Notes: generated from the sequence alone by a model not told the origin. A stretch of DNA of 64,000 bases from Candidatus Saccharimonadota bacterium (GCA_026395435.1 JAPLYT010000003.1:135328-199327); one strand, 5' to 3'; counted from the first letter of the stretch, positions 8,316 through 19,073 are shown. Numbers and translations are program-made.

Positions 8316-8941
8316 AGTTTTTGCATGACTGAACGCATTCGTCCTAACGCAGTTATGGTGCTTGCAACCGCCAAAATGATTATCACAGCGAGGAGTTGAT
8401 TGGCAAGTAGCCCGAGCACCATGACGGTCATGCGAATTTCGAAAGTCATCATGCCGCTTCGGAAAGATTTGTTGGTAGTGTGGTCGGTCGATTTGCTCGA
8501 TCCAATCACAACTTCGCCCCAGGCGTTTACATAGCTTACGAGGAGAGAAGCTCCGCAAGCAGCTACTACCCAGACGACATATCGCGCTGAATGAGTATTG
8601 GATAGCGCATACGCCGCTCCCATAAACAAAAATACTTCTTTCATTCTATCGGTGATTGAATCGAGCAACATGCCCTTTGGTCCGTCGGTTTTCTGGAGCC
8701 GGGCTAGTGCACCATCGAGAGCATCGAATAAGCCAAATACAATGAGTAATATGCCGGCCCAGATATTTTGCTGAATGGCGATTAGCCACGCAATCACGAT
8801 ATGTAGACTGAATCCGAGTAGAGTAATGCTGGTTGGCGAGATTCTGCCCCCGGAAACTTTGTTCAAAAGAATGGCGATTTCAACAACGAAACGTTTAATA
8901 GGGATTTTAAAAAAATCGATAATTACCGTTAGAATCTTCAT
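8312..8941 (-). CDS. CDP-alcohol phosphatidyltransferase family protein
   Basis: DALDGALARLQKTDGPKGMLLDSITD matches D-G-x2-A-R-x8-G-x3-D-x3-D; multi-TM; ATG at 8941 preferred over the upstream track start. Confidence 0.7.
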   Translation of the reverse strand: MKILTVIIDFFKIPIKRFVVEIAILLNKVSGGRISPTSITLLGFSLHIVIAWLIAIQQNIWAGILLIVFGLFDALDGALARLQKTDGPKGMLLDSITDRMKEVFLFMGAAYALSNTHSARYVVWVVAACGASLLVSYVNAWGEVVIGSSKSTDHTTNKSFRSGMMTFEIRMTVMVLGLLANQLLAVIIILAVASTITALGRMRSVMQKL

Positions 8942-8985
8942 GTATCTACAGTATACCTTAGCGCCGTCGCCCTGTCTCGGACACA

Positions 8986-9651
8986 ATGACGTATACTAGA
9001 ACAATGAATAAACATGTTCAAAGAGCGATTCAGTCACTAACTATGGCAAGTCTGGGACTATTTTTGATCAGACTCTTGGTAAACAGAAATATCGATTACT
9101 GGTATCTTGTGTGGAATCTATTGCTGGCTTTTGTGCCGCTCGTTCTCATCATCTACATAGTAAAATGGCTAAAAAATCATCGATTATCGCACCCTGGAAC
9201 AATTGCGCTACTGTTTGCTTGGCTGAGCTTTCTGCCGAATAGTTTTTATATCATTACCGACTATATCCATCTTCTCGACACCAAAACTACTTCGCTGATG
9301 CTTGATATCGTCATGGTTTTTATGTTCTCTCTCACGGGTTTGATTGCTGGATTTGCTAGCGTCTATATCTTTGAAAAACTACTCGCCAAACGGTATTCGC
9401 ACAAGTCAGTCCAGGCGGTAAGTATGTCGATTTTTCTGGTCTGTAGTTTTGCCATATATCTTGGACGATATTTACGGTGGAACTCATGGGATTTGGTCCT
9501 AAACCCCATCGGTATTGTGTTTGATGTGTCTGATCGTCTCATTAACCCAACGGCATACGGTGTGACGTTTTCAACTACCGCCATATTCTTCTTATTCATC
9601 AGCAGTCTTTACTTTGCTGGTATCTATACGCTCAAAGCTGATAAAAAGTAG
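8986..9651 (+). CDS. integral membrane protein (DUF1361-like), divergent from the lipid operon
   Basis: 221 aa, 6-7 predicted TM helices; function unknown. Confidence 0.4.
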   Translation: MTYTRTMNKHVQRAIQSLTMASLGLFLIRLLVNRNIDYWYLVWNLLLAFVPLVLIIYIVKWLKNHRLSHPGTIALLFAWLSFLPNSFYIITDYIHLLDTKTTSLMLDIVMVFMFSLTGLIAGFASVYIFEKLLAKRYSHKSVQAVSMSIFLVCSFAIYLGRYLRWNSWDLVLNPIGIVFDVSDRLINPTAYGVTFSTTAIFFLFISSLYFAGIYTLKADKK

Positions 9652-9684
9652 TCAGTCGCCTCTGTTCAGGGTAGAATAGAGGCA

Positions 9685-11355
9685 ATGGAAACAATACAAA
9701 CGGCATTGCAGAAACTAATTTCGTCACTTTTTGATGGCGATGAGGTGGTTGAACTCACCCGAACTGAACCCGAGTTCGGAGATTTTTCGACCAATATTGC
9801 CATGAAGATGAGCAAACGATTGGGCCAAAACCCTCGTACTATTGCCGAAAAATTAATCCCCGAAATTCAAAAAATACCCGGGGTAAAAGAAGTCACGGTT
9901 GCTGGACCGGGGTTCATTAATCTACGGTTGAATGACGATGTTATAGCTGCGATGCTCGTGTCAGCAACAAGTACCCCGCAATCTTTAGCCGGCAAAGTGA
10001 TTGTGGCTGAGTATTCCGACCCAAACCCTTTCAAGATCTTGCATGCAGGCCATCTTTATACAAGTGTCGTGGGTGACGCCATTGCAAATATTATGCAAGA
10101 TGCCGGCGGGGAAGTTCATAGAGTGAACTTCGGTGGTGATGTTGGACTACATGTTGGAAAGACCATGTGGGCTATGATCAAAACTTTGGGCAGCGACAAC
10201 CCCTCAACGTTGAATGCTTTTAAGACGGTAGAACAACGAACGACATTATTGGCCGATAGCTATATTGCAGGCACTGCTGCATACGAAGATGACGACCATG
10301 CCAAAGAGGAAATAATCACTTTAAATAAAGCAGTCTACCAAGTGCATACGCAAAAAGATCACGAATCAAACTTGGCCAAAATATACTGGACAACTAGGAC
10401 ATGGAGCTATGATTATTTTGATAATTTTTATGACAGAATTGGAACAACATTCGAAAAATATTATCCAGAGAGTGAAGTCGCCGACTTAGGCCTCAAAGTA
10501 GTCAAAGACCACATGCAGCCAGGTATCTTTGAAGAGTCGGATGGAGCAATCGTTTTCAAAGGAGAACCATTTGGTCTGCACACGAGGGTCTTCATCAACC
10601 AACAAGGGCTCCCCACCTATGAAGCAAAAGATGTGGGGTTAATTTTCACCAAAAAGCATGAATATAACTTTGATATATCGGTGGTTATTACTGGCAACGA
10701 ACAAGAACAATATATGAAAGTGGTGCTGAAGGCCATTGAACAGTTTGACCCTGAAATCGTGAGCCAGACGAAACATCTGACGCATGGGCTTGTGAAGCTT
10801 AAAGGCGGCGTAAAGATGAGCAGTCGTAAAGGTAATATCCTGCGAGCAACCGACATCCTAGATGAAGCGAATGCTGCCAACGTAAAAGTATCTGGAAAAA
10901 CAGACGAACGCGTCACTCTAGGTGCAGTAAAGTATTCGTTTCTCAAAATACGAACCGGCGGTGATATCATCTACGATCCTGCTGAATCGGTAGCAACCGA
11001 AGGCAACAGCGGCCCCTATCTGCAATACGCACACGCTCGGGCACGGAGTATTGTCGCGAAATCTACCTCTGATATTGAAAAATCTATTTCTGAGCTTGAG
11101 CCTGGTGAGCGAACATTGGCGGTAAAATTGACCGAGTTTGGTGAAGTAGTCGGGCAAGCGGCAGAGAGTCTCACCCCGCATTTAGTGTGCACCTATTTGT
11201 ATGAATTATCACAAGAATTCAATCGATTTTATGAACACAACCGAGTGATCGACGACCCTCGCGAAGCAGAACGATTATACCTTGTGAACGTCTATGCATC
11301 GATACTCAAAAAAGGTCTTGAACTCCTCGGGATACACGCACCAGAAACTATGTAA
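9685..11355 (+). CDS. argS: arginine--tRNA ligase
   Basis: 556 aa; HAGH (HIGH) motif, anticodon-binding C-terminus ending ...APETM as in ArgRS. Confidence 0.9.
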   Translation: METIQTALQKLISSLFDGDEVVELTRTEPEFGDFSTNIAMKMSKRLGQNPRTIAEKLIPEIQKIPGVKEVTVAGPGFINLRLNDDVIAAMLVSATSTPQSLAGKVIVAEYSDPNPFKILHAGHLYTSVVGDAIANIMQDAGGEVHRVNFGGDVGLHVGKTMWAMIKTLGSDNPSTLNAFKTVEQRTTLLADSYIAGTAAYEDDDHAKEEIITLNKAVYQVHTQKDHESNLAKIYWTTRTWSYDYFDNFYDRIGTTFEKYYPESEVADLGLKVVKDHMQPGIFEESDGAIVFKGEPFGLHTRVFINQQGLPTYEAKDVGLIFTKKHEYNFDISVVITGNEQEQYMKVVLKAIEQFDPEIVSQTKHLTHGLVKLKGGVKMSSRKGNILRATDILDEANAANVKVSGKTDERVTLGAVKYSFLKIRTGGDIIYDPAESVATEGNSGPYLQYAHARARSIVAKSTSDIEKSISELEPGERTLAVKLTEFGEVVGQAAESLTPHLVCTYLYELSQEFNRFYEHNRVIDDPREAERLYLVNVYASILKKGLELLGIHAPETM

Positions 11356-11520
11356 TGGGTGTGATAGCTGCATACAAAAGCAGTTGCGCAGCCATTCATA
11401 TCATGAGCGAGCCATTCATTCGCTCGGATATCTTATCCTTAACGACCCGATTCGGGCTGTCTATTTAGCCAAAAAGATATAGAATAAAAGCATAATAAGT
11501 ACATATACAAAGGAGTTTTT

Positions 11521-11925
11521 ATGAAAATTAATTATCCAGCACTTTATATCATCGCCTTAGCGGTTTTTGTAGCGTTCGACGGCATATGGCTTGGTTTGAT
11601 AGCCAAGAATCTCTATGCCACTGAACTTAAAGGGCTTATGACAGATCAGGTAAAATGGGGCGCAGCGGTGCTGTTCTATTTGTTGTTTATTGGCTTTTTG
11701 ATCTATTTTGCCATCGATCCTGCATTGCAAAGTCAGTCTGTTGCACTCGCAATGCAAAAAGGAGCGTTATTTGGCTTCGCTACTTACGCTACCTATGACC
11801 TAACGAACTATGCAACGCTCAAAGGCTTTCCACTTAAGATCGTTATTATAGATCTCATCTGGGGCACCGTGCTGAGCGCAAGCGTTACCTCTGTAGCATA
11901 TTTGGCGTATACAAAGTTTATATAA
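11521..11925 (+). CDS. small integral membrane protein (4 TM), unknown function
   Basis: 134 aa, hydrophobic throughout. Confidence 0.45.
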   Translation: MKINYPALYIIALAVFVAFDGIWLGLIAKNLYATELKGLMTDQVKWGAAVLFYLLFIGFLIYFAIDPALQSQSVALAMQKGALFGFATYATYDLTNYATLKGFPLKIVIIDLIWGTVLSASVTSVAYLAYTKFI

Positions 11926-11945
11926 AAATATAATCGGAGTAGAGC

Positions 11946-12275
11946 ATGAGCAAACAACTTAAAGGGTTTATGGATTTTGTGCGTGAGCAAGGTGTTGTTG
12001 GCTTGGCCGTTGGTCTTGCCATTGGAGCATCAGCGGGCGCTGCCGTGAAAGCAATTGTGGATGGCTTTATTAGCCCACTTGTTGGTTTTATTTTAGGTGG
12101 GACTAATTTGTCAGCTACAAAGTGGGATACGGGGCTTAGTCGTGGTGGGCACGAACTCGTTTTCGCTTGGGGCGCTATCTTGAATGCCATTATCGTACTG
12201 CTCGCAACCGCTGCAGTAATCTACTATATTATTCATGGTTTGAAACTTGATAAAATCGATAAAACCAAGGTATAA
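11946..12275 (+). CDS. mscL: large-conductance mechanosensitive channel
   Basis: 109 aa; FMDFVREQGVVGLAVGLAIGASAG...PLVGFILGG typical of MscL. Confidence 0.85.
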   Translation: MSKQLKGFMDFVREQGVVGLAVGLAIGASAGAAVKAIVDGFISPLVGFILGGTNLSATKWDTGLSRGGHELVFAWGAILNAIIVLLATAAVIYYIIHGLKLDKIDKTKV

Positions 12276-12408
12276 CCTTTTTCAAACGCTAAGAACGGCC
12301 ATTGGATATATCTGACTGTTTTTTACATACATTCAAAGAAACTAGGTATGCACCATGTACTTTTAGGTATATTTTGGAAAAACATAGGCAACCTCGTATG
12401 ATGAAGGT

Positions 12409-12786
12409 ATGAAAACAAATCCAAAACTTACCCCAGAACAAGTCAAAGTTCTCCAAGAAAAAGCGACGGAAGCACCGTTTACGGGTAAGTATCTTCATAA
12501 CGAAAAAGACGGTATGTATACATGCGCCAACTGTGGAGCCGAACTTTTCGCCAGCGGCACTAAGTTTGACAGTGGCAGCGGATGGCCAAGTTTCTATGAC
12601 GTGGCCAAATCTGGCGCGGTTAAACTGATTGATGATGTATCTATGGGGATGACTCGCACTGAAGCAGTCTGTGCAAATTGTGGCGGTCACCTGGGGCATG
12701 TCTTTGACGACGCCTATGATCAGCCAACGGGGCAGCGGTATTGCATTAATTCGCTCAGTCTAGACTTTAAAGAAACCAAGAAATAA
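12409..12786 (+). CDS. msrB: peptide-methionine (R)-S-oxide reductase MsrB
   Basis: Two CxxC pairs (CANCGAELF..., [14 protein letters not shown]) and the catalytic RYCINS motif. Confidence 0.9.
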   Translation: MKTNPKLTPEQVKVLQEKATEAPFTGKYLHNEKDGMYTCANCGAELFASGTKFDSGSGWPSFYDVAKSGAVKLIDDVSMGMTRTEAVCANCGGHLGHVFDDAYDQPTGQRYCINSLSLDFKETKK

Positions 12787-12792
12787 CGTTCT

Positions 12793-13125
12793 TTACAGGG
12801 AGTAGTATTTCTCGCCCCACACGGCCAACTGTTGAAGGGCAGGGATGAAGTCATTTCCTTTGGAGGTAATGGTATATTCAACGCGCGGAGGAGTCTCGGC
12901 AAAAGATTTCTTAGTAATTATGCCTAGTCGTTCCAGGTCATCAAGTCGTTGAGACAGTGTCCGGGGGCTAATGCCAGTAAGCGATCGCTCGAGTACACTA
13001 AATCTTTTGGGTCCTGTGGTTAGATCTCGGAGTATGAGGGCAGACCACTTATTGCCCAATACGCTCAAGGCCGATGCCAGGCAGCCGTCTTTGGATTCAA
13101 TATTTGAGCAATCATTATGTTTCAT
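12793..13125 (-). CDS. HxlR-family winged-helix transcriptional regulator
   Basis: 110 aa; ...LSVLGNKWSALILRDL...RFSVLERSLTGISPRTLSQRLDDLERLGII... typical HxlR/MarR-like. Confidence 0.85.
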   Translation of the reverse strand: MKHNDCSNIESKDGCLASALSVLGNKWSALILRDLTTGPKRFSVLERSLTGISPRTLSQRLDDLERLGIITKKSFAETPPRVEYTITSKGNDFIPALQQLAVWGEKYYSL

Positions 13126-13127
13126 AC

Positions 13128-13175
13128 TTTACATTGTATAGTTTTAAGATTATAGTTCCTACTATACAAAGTATA
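13128..13175. promoter_or_regulatory. imperfect inverted repeat (tttacattgtatag ... ctatacaaagtata) in the hxlR / nitroreductase divergent intergenic region; candidate HxlR operator
   Basis: Read directly; arms differ at one position. Confidence 0.4.
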
Positions 13176-13198
13176 GCACAATCAAAAAGGAGATATGT

Positions 13199-13834
13199 AT
13201 GAATGACACAATAATCAAAGCCCTCAACTGGCGCTATGCCGTCCAAAAGTTTGATACGACTAAAAAGCTAGCTCAAAAAGATCTCGACACCATACTCGAA
13301 TCAGGGCGCATGGCTCCAAGTTCATTTGGTATTGAACCATGGCATTTCGTGGTGGTAGAAAACAAAGAATTACGTCAGCAGCTTCATGATCAGGCGAGTC
13401 CTCAGCCAAAAGTAATTGATGCGCCAGTATTCGTTGTCGTTGCAAAGCGCACCGACGTTCGAGAAGTAATGGCCGATGAACGAGTAGCCCGAACAGCTAA
13501 AGTCACCCATATGGACGAAAGTAACTTCAAAGGTCTTGGCGACATGATCAGTGGAGTGGTGGCTTCACGTGACGACGTTGCACTTAACACCTGGATTACA
13601 TCACAAGCTTACATACCACTTGGCATGATGCTTGAAACGGCGGCTCTACTCGGCATAGACGCCGGGCCAATGGAAGGCTTTGACCATGCCAAGTTCGATG
13701 AATTACTCGGTCTAACCGAGAAGAATCTGGCTAGTGTTTACGCAGTAGCGTTTGGCTATAGGGGTGATGATCCCGCTGCAGCCCGACCAAAGGTTCGCCG
13801 AGCTGCAGAAGAAGTGACTACAGTTCTTAAGTAG
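13199..13834 (+). CDS. NAD(P)H nitroreductase family protein
   Basis: 211 aa; nitroreductase fold motifs (RYAVQKFD, SSFGIEPW); divergent from hxlR. Confidence 0.8.
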   Translation: MNDTIIKALNWRYAVQKFDTTKKLAQKDLDTILESGRMAPSSFGIEPWHFVVVENKELRQQLHDQASPQPKVIDAPVFVVVAKRTDVREVMADERVARTAKVTHMDESNFKGLGDMISGVVASRDDVALNTWITSQAYIPLGMMLETAALLGIDAGPMEGFDHAKFDELLGLTEKNLASVYAVAFGYRGDDPAAARPKVRRAAEEVTTVLK

Positions 13835-13918
13835 TTGTTAGCACAGTAATTGGACAAATAGCCCTAAATTGTTATAAAATTATGACACGATATAGATAGT
13901 TTTGAACTGGGGAGCATA

Positions 13919-14377
13919 ATGTCAGAAATTGGTAATGATTATTTTAGTGAAGCAGTAATTTTTGTAGAAGATACGGAATCTCGACGCGTTCTTCTAAAAG
14001 TCTTAGAAAATCCGTCTGCCACAACTGAATCAGGCTTACTTGGTATAGACGGAGAAGGTCACCCCATAGCTAACCTTCATGACTATACAGGGAGCTCTCT
14101 CACCGACACGGCTGCAGCCTTGTTGGCTCGAGGAATATATGAGACTGTCCGTAGCGACGAGATAATTTTGGCCCCAGAATCGGATTTTGATCATGGTCCA
14201 GACAATCGTATGGTAAATCCTTTTAAATATCTACGAGACATCAACGCGCAGCCACAACAGCAACAATTGACTACCCAACCTCAGGAAGCCGCACCTGAGC
14301 TACCCCAACCAGTCAGCACCAAGCATTCTGCATGGGGTCGGATCGTTACTTACTTAGCAGCAAGGAAGTCATCCTGA
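13919..14377 (+). CDS. hypothetical protein
   Basis: 152-aa ORF with Q-rich C-terminus; no motif recognised. Confidence 0.4.
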   Translation: MSEIGNDYFSEAVIFVEDTESRRVLLKVLENPSATTESGLLGIDGEGHPIANLHDYTGSSLTDTAAALLARGIYETVRSDEIILAPESDFDHGPDNRMVNPFKYLRDINAQPQQQQLTTQPQEAAPELPQPVSTKHSAWGRIVTYLAARKSS

Positions 14378-14498
14378 GCCAATCACCGGCTTATAGCTGT
14401 TTGGAATGTGTAGTTTTACTGCCAAATATGTATACAAAGAGAATGAAATTGCCAATAAGTAAACAACACCAAAGGATAATACTGGTACAATAACTCCA

Positions 14499-15053
14499 AT
14501 GAAAGACAAAAATAGTATTCCAACTAAGCTATTCTGGGTAGATCTAGAGATGACTGGACTCGACGCCAACAACGATGTGATACTCGAAATTGCCGCCGAA
14601 GTAACCGATTTTAATTTTCGAACTATCGCCAGCTACGAAGCTCGTATCAAACATCCTCGTGAGCTCGTCGCCAGTCGTATGCAGCTCAATAACTGGTGGC
14701 AGTCATACCCTCACAACAGAGATGAATTTTTAAAGAAATTGGATAAGGGTAAAAAACTGAGCGTCGTCCAAGATGAGCTCGTAGCGCTTCTTGATGATCA
14801 ATTCGGCAAAGAGCCAGCAGTGCTGGCAGGGAATTCAATCCATAGCGATCGTGCGTTCATTAAATCATATTGGCCAGAGCTTGATCTCAAATTACATTAT
14901 CGAATGCTAGACGTCAGCAGTTTCAAAATTCTGATGCAGGGCAAGTACGGTCACGTGTTCGACAAAGACTCAAATCATCGGGCATTTGACGACATCCAAG
15001 CATCCATTGCTGAATTGCAAGACTACATTAAGTGGTTTAATCATGAATCATAA
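14499..15053 (+). CDS. orn: oligoribonuclease
   Basis: 184 aa; LFWVDLEMTGLD DEDDh exonuclease motif I and overall Orn architecture. Confidence 0.85.
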   Translation: MKDKNSIPTKLFWVDLEMTGLDANNDVILEIAAEVTDFNFRTIASYEARIKHPRELVASRMQLNNWWQSYPHNRDEFLKKLDKGKKLSVVQDELVALLDDQFGKEPAVLAGNSIHSDRAFIKSYWPELDLKLHYRMLDVSSFKILMQGKYGHVFDKDSNHRAFDDIQASIAELQDYIKWFNHES

Positions 15054-15411
15054 ACAAGTCGAAGAATATCTACTTAGTTTTCCCAATACCCGGCTCGACT
15101 ATCCTTTTGGTAAAGACACGGCGGTCTACAAAGTGAAGACTGCCGATGACGCCGAAGGTGACGATAAAATGTATGCACTTATTGCCGAAGGTTCAGATCC
15201 GCTCCGATTAAGTCTAAAATGTGATCCTCAGCTTGCCAAATTACTTCGAGAGAAGTACATCACGGTCATGGAAGGCTATCATCTCAACAAAAAGCACTGG
15301 AACACCATTATCTTAAGTGGTGAAATCGAATGGGAAGAGATTCAAGGCTTTATTCATCATAGTTATGATCTTGTCATTGGGGCCGAAAACGCGATCCCAA
15401 AAATAGGTTAG
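15043..15411 (+). CDS. MmcQ/YjbR-family DNA-binding protein
   Basis: Starts MNHKQVEEYLLSFPNT...DYPFGKD; ATG at 15043 overlaps the orn stop; the upstream extension in the track is likely not translated. Confidence 0.6.
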   Translation: MNHKQVEEYLLSFPNTRLDYPFGKDTAVYKVKTADDAEGDDKMYALIAEGSDPLRLSLKCDPQLAKLLREKYITVMEGYHLNKKHWNTIILSGEIEWEEIQGFIHHSYDLVIGAENAIPKIG

Positions 15412-16070
15412 TTGCCAATATCTTTAAGCATTAGAGAAACGCCATTTTCGGCATTCTGGAGTATGAGTTTGTTTTGAGGATTTGAAGTACTAGCTCTAAC
15501 TGATTTCAACTCTGCTTGGTACTTTAGGAGCTCGGCTTTCATATAATTCTTGAATGCTGCGTCGTAGCCATTATTTCGAGCAGCAGTTGCAAGTGCTGCA
15601 TCGGTTTTAGGGTTCTTTTTGAGATTAAGTACTTTTTCGCTCAGTTTTTGGCTCTTTTTTGGGAGCATCTTCGTCACTTGCACTTGAGTAGTCTTCACAC
15701 TGAGCGAAATGTTGCTAGCCACGACCACTGTTTTAGTATCACGAACCGATTTTTCGGTTTGTGAAGCATTGGCTACGCGGATGATTTCGGCTTGTTCTTG
15801 GATGAGGCCAGTTAGTTTAGTGACGTTAGAGCTACTCCCGCTACCGAGAATTGAGGCTAAGATAAAACCTGCAACAATAAGTACGAATAGTCCGCCAGCT
15901 ATAATCATCACACGTGTTTTAGTGGAATTACCTGAAGGCAACGAAAATGCGCTTTTAGGCGCTGGCGCAGGACCAGAGTTCATGAAGAAATCATACTGAT
16001 TGGGAGCCCCTGTGGGTGCCGGGGTGGGGGCTGGTGGTGTCTGAGGCGTATTCGGGTCTTGTGGCTGCAT
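15408..16070 (-). CDS. membrane-anchored hypothetical protein (Pro-rich N-terminus, one TM, extracytoplasmic domain)
   Basis: ATG at 16070 (MQPQDPN...) preferred over the TTG at 16106; TM segment IIAGGLFVLIVAGFILASILG. Confidence 0.45.
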   Translation of the reverse strand: MQPQDPNTPQTPPAPTPAPTGAPNQYDFFMNSGPAPAPKSAFSLPSGNSTKTRVMIIAGGLFVLIVAGFILASILGSGSSSNVTKLTGLIQEQAEIIRVANASQTEKSVRDTKTVVVASNISLSVKTTQVQVTKMLPKKSQKLSEKVLNLKKNPKTDAALATAARNNGYDAAFKNYMKAELLKYQAELKSVRASTSNPQNKLILQNAENGVSLMLKDIGN

Positions 16071-16165
16071 AAGCACTATTTTAACAGTCCACGTCCAGTA
16101 GTCCAAAGCATAGCTGTAATCTGCTTATACTTTCTACTTTACTGATTTCACTCTAAACTAAAAGC

Positions 16166-17944
16166 ATGGACGCGGTAGAAGAGATTAAAAGCAGGTTGAG
16201 TATAGACGACGTGGTGTCGCAGTATCTTGAATTGAAACGATCGGGCCGAAATTTCAAAGGCCTGAGTCCGTTTAGCCAAGAACGCACCCCCAGCCTTATG
16301 GTTAGTCCTGAAAAACAGATCTGGCATGACTTTAGTAGTGGCAAAGGTGGAGATATGTTCAGTTTCGTCATGGAACTGGAAGGAATAGATTTCAAGGCGG
16401 CACTTGATTTACTTGCTCGCCAGGCTGGCGTCGATCTCACGAAATTTCAGCGAGCAGGCAGTGGTGAAGCAGCTAAGCAAAAAGAATCGTTATATACCGT
16501 TCTCGAATTGGCCGCTAAATTTTATCAAGTGCACCTTGCTCGGAGTAAGAGTACGCTGCAGTATGTGGTAACGCAGCGAGAATTCAGTAAGCAAACGGCC
16601 ACGACCTATCGTCTGGGTTACTCACCAAATCAAGACGACGCACTCATCAAATTTTTACGGAGTAAAGGTTTTACGGACGATATCATCAAAAAAGCCGGGC
16701 TTGGCACAAAACGATATCGTGGCTTTGGTGATATGTTCCGTAATCGACTGATGGTGCCGCTGCAGGACAGTACCGGGCGGGTTATTGGCTTTACGGCGCG
16801 ACAACTCGACGCTAACCCCGATGCCCCCAAGTATATCAACACACCAGCAAGCCCGGTGTACGATAAAAGTCGCCACGTCTTTGGACTGCATCTGGCAAAA
16901 GATGCCATTCGTAAACAAAACTACGCGGTCGTGGTTGAGGGTAACCTGGATGTTATTGCCAGTCATCAGGCAGGCGTCGAGAATGTTGTTGCAACTGCGG
17001 GGACGGCCCTCACCGATGCCCATTTGAAGGCTCTCAGTAGATTCACCGCCGACATCCGTTTAGCATTCGACCAAGACGAAGCCGGTCTTCGGGCAACCGA
17101 ACGGGCCATCCCGATTGCCAGCAGTGTTGGGGTCAGTTTGAGTATTGTCAGTGTGCCAGAAGGCAAAGATCCCGATGAGTTGTGCAAAAAAGATCCCGAA
17201 GCGTGGAGGCAGGTGGTCACGAAACCACAATACGCAATTGATTGGATCATGGACCGCTATGCAAGCATTCTTGATCTTTCTACCTCGCAAGGGAAGCGAA
17301 CGTTTAGCGACCGCGTTCTAGCAGTAATCGACGATCTCAGCGATAGCGTCGAAAAAGACCACTATCTCTCGAAAACAGCCGACATGCTGGGGGTGAGCGT
17401 TGAAGCACTCCGACTCAAATCAGCCAAAGTTGTTCGCAAGGCGCCCGTGCAGGAGGTCAAGAAATTACCCGAAATGCCATTGGTTGATGGCGGCACAGCC
17501 GATCAATTAAAGGCTCAGAATAAAATCATGGCTCTGACCCTTTTCTTGCCAAGTCTTCGCAGCTATCTCGACCCACTCACGCCCGATATGTTCCTCAAGC
17601 CGGAGGCCCAATCTCTACTTAATTTCTTAAAATCAGCACCAGAATACAGCTATGAGAATGAGAGGGAAGGCACCTCTGACATCCATCTGTTGCCCGAAAT
17701 CGTAGAATATGGTAAAATTCTGTCATTATTATATGAAGAACTCTATCAGAATCTCGAGGTTATAGAGCTTCGTTATGAAGCCACTCGATTGCAGATTCGT
17801 CAGATAGAAACGTACGTAAAAACGAAAAAAAGCCAGCTCGCACGTGCCATGCAAACGGCTAATGAGCAAGAGACAGATCAACTGCTCGAGGCGGCAAAAA
17901 AGCTCGATGTTCTATTAAAGTCAGCCAAGGAGACCCACAAATAA
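16166..17944 (+). CDS. dnaG: DNA primase
   Basis: 592 aa; zinc-binding/TOPRIM primase motifs ([24 protein letters not shown]); directly upstream of rpoD (macromolecular-synthesis operon order). Confidence 0.9.
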   Translation: MDAVEEIKSRLSIDDVVSQYLELKRSGRNFKGLSPFSQERTPSLMVSPEKQIWHDFSSGKGGDMFSFVMELEGIDFKAALDLLARQAGVDLTKFQRAGSGEAAKQKESLYTVLELAAKFYQVHLARSKSTLQYVVTQREFSKQTATTYRLGYSPNQDDALIKFLRSKGFTDDIIKKAGLGTKRYRGFGDMFRNRLMVPLQDSTGRVIGFTARQLDANPDAPKYINTPASPVYDKSRHVFGLHLAKDAIRKQNYAVVVEGNLDVIASHQAGVENVVATAGTALTDAHLKALSRFTADIRLAFDQDEAGLRATERAIPIASSVGVSLSIVSVPEGKDPDELCKKDPEAWRQVVTKPQYAIDWIMDRYASILDLSTSQGKRTFSDRVLAVIDDLSDSVEKDHYLSKTADMLGVSVEALRLKSAKVVRKAPVQEVKKLPEMPLVDGGTADQLKAQNKIMALTLFLPSLRSYLDPLTPDMFLKPEAQSLLNFLKSAPEYSYENEREGTSDIHLLPEIVEYGKILSLLYEELYQNLEVIELRYEATRLQIRQIETYVKTKKSQLARAMQTANEQETDQLLEAAKKLDVLLKSAKETHK

Positions 17945-17945
17945 T

Positions 17946-19073
17946 ATGGTAAAAAAACAAGCCCCTAAAAAAGACCAGACACCACCAACCCGCGAAGAAT
18001 CAAAAGCAGAATTAGTCGCCAAGGCAAAGCTAACTGGTGAAATTGCTCAGCGTGATATTACGGCCATTTTCCCCGACACCCCAGACAACGTTGATTTGCT
18101 TGATCATCTCTATACCGAACTTGCCGACAACAATATTAAAATTACCACCGCAGCTGATGCCAATGGCCCAGAATTTAGCGAAGATTGGGTAGCTGAAGAT
18201 AACGAAGAAATTGTTATTACCGACAAGCTATATCTCGATGACGTAGCCGACGACTCAGTTCGTTTGTATCTTCGTGAAATTGGTAAAATCCCGCTTCTCA
18301 AGGCCGACGAAGAGTTGGCACTTGCCCAACGGGTAGTCGCTGGCGATAAAGATGCCAAAGACCAAATGGCCGAAGCCAACATGCGACTTGTCGTCAGTAT
18401 TGCTAAGCGTTACGTTGGTCGTGGTCTTGATCTGCTCGATCTTATCCAAGAAGGTAATACTGGGTTACTGCGCGCTGTCGAAAAATTCGATCCAGACAAA
18501 GGATTCAAATTTAGTACCTATGCAACATGGTGGATTCGTCAGGCTATTACGCGTGCTATTGCCGACCAAGCCCGAACCATTCGTATCCCGGTACACATGG
18601 TAGAAACCATCAACAAATTGCTTCGTACGCAACGTCGCCTAACCCAAGAACTCAACCGTGAACCTTCAAACGAAGAGATCGCCAAAGAGATGGAAATCGA
18701 CGTCGAAAAAGTCGAACACATTATGAAGATCAAACAGGACATTAGTTCACTCGACGCTTCAGTACGTGACGACGAAGAAGACTCTGTTCTTGGTGATTTC
18801 ATCGAAGATGAAGATACCGTTAGCCCTGAAGAATCAGCCACTGGCCAGCTACTCAAAGAACATGTCAAAGACATGCTCGGCGCACTCACCGAACGTGAAC
18901 AAAAAATTCTTAAACTCCGTTTCGGCCTTGAAGACGGCAAAAGTCACACACTTGAAGAAGTAGGGCAGGAGTTTAACGTTACCCGTGAACGTATCCGGCA
19001 GATTGAGGCTAAGGCACTCGCCAAGCTTCGCAAACACAAAGACGCCAAGAAACTCCACGACTACATCTCATAG
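17946..19073 (+). CDS. rpoD: RNA polymerase sigma factor RpoD (primary sigma-70)
   Basis: 375 aa; regions 1.2-4 present ([67 protein letters not shown], ...[22 protein letters not shown]). Confidence 0.9.
   Translation: MVKKQAPKKDQTPPTREESKAELVAKAKLTGEIAQRDITAIFPDTPDNVDLLDHLYTELADNNIKITTAADANGPEFSEDWVAEDNEEIVITDKLYLDDVADDSVRLYLREIGKIPLLKADEELALAQRVVAGDKDAKDQMAEANMRLVVSIAKRYVGRGLDLLDLIQEGNTGLLRAVEKFDPDKGFKFSTYATWWIRQAITRAIADQARTIRIPVHMVETINKLLRTQRRLTQELNREPSNEEIAKEMEIDVEKVEHIMKIKQDISSLDASVRDDEEDSVLGDFIEDEDTVSPEESATGQLLKEHVKDMLGALTEREQKILKLRFGLEDGKSHTLEEVGQEFNVTRERIRQIEAKALAKLRKHKDAKKLHDYIS

Noticed and set aside
14369-14572. 67-aa hydrophobic minus-strand ORF
   Set aside because: It overlaps the conserved orn start and its promoter region; there is no support for it.
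16655-17023. 122-aa minus-strand ORF, plus neighbouring 76-94-aa ORFs
   Set aside because: They lie inside dnaG on the opposite strand.
18539-18940. 133-aa Ser-rich minus-strand ORF
   Set aside because: It is antisense within rpoD.
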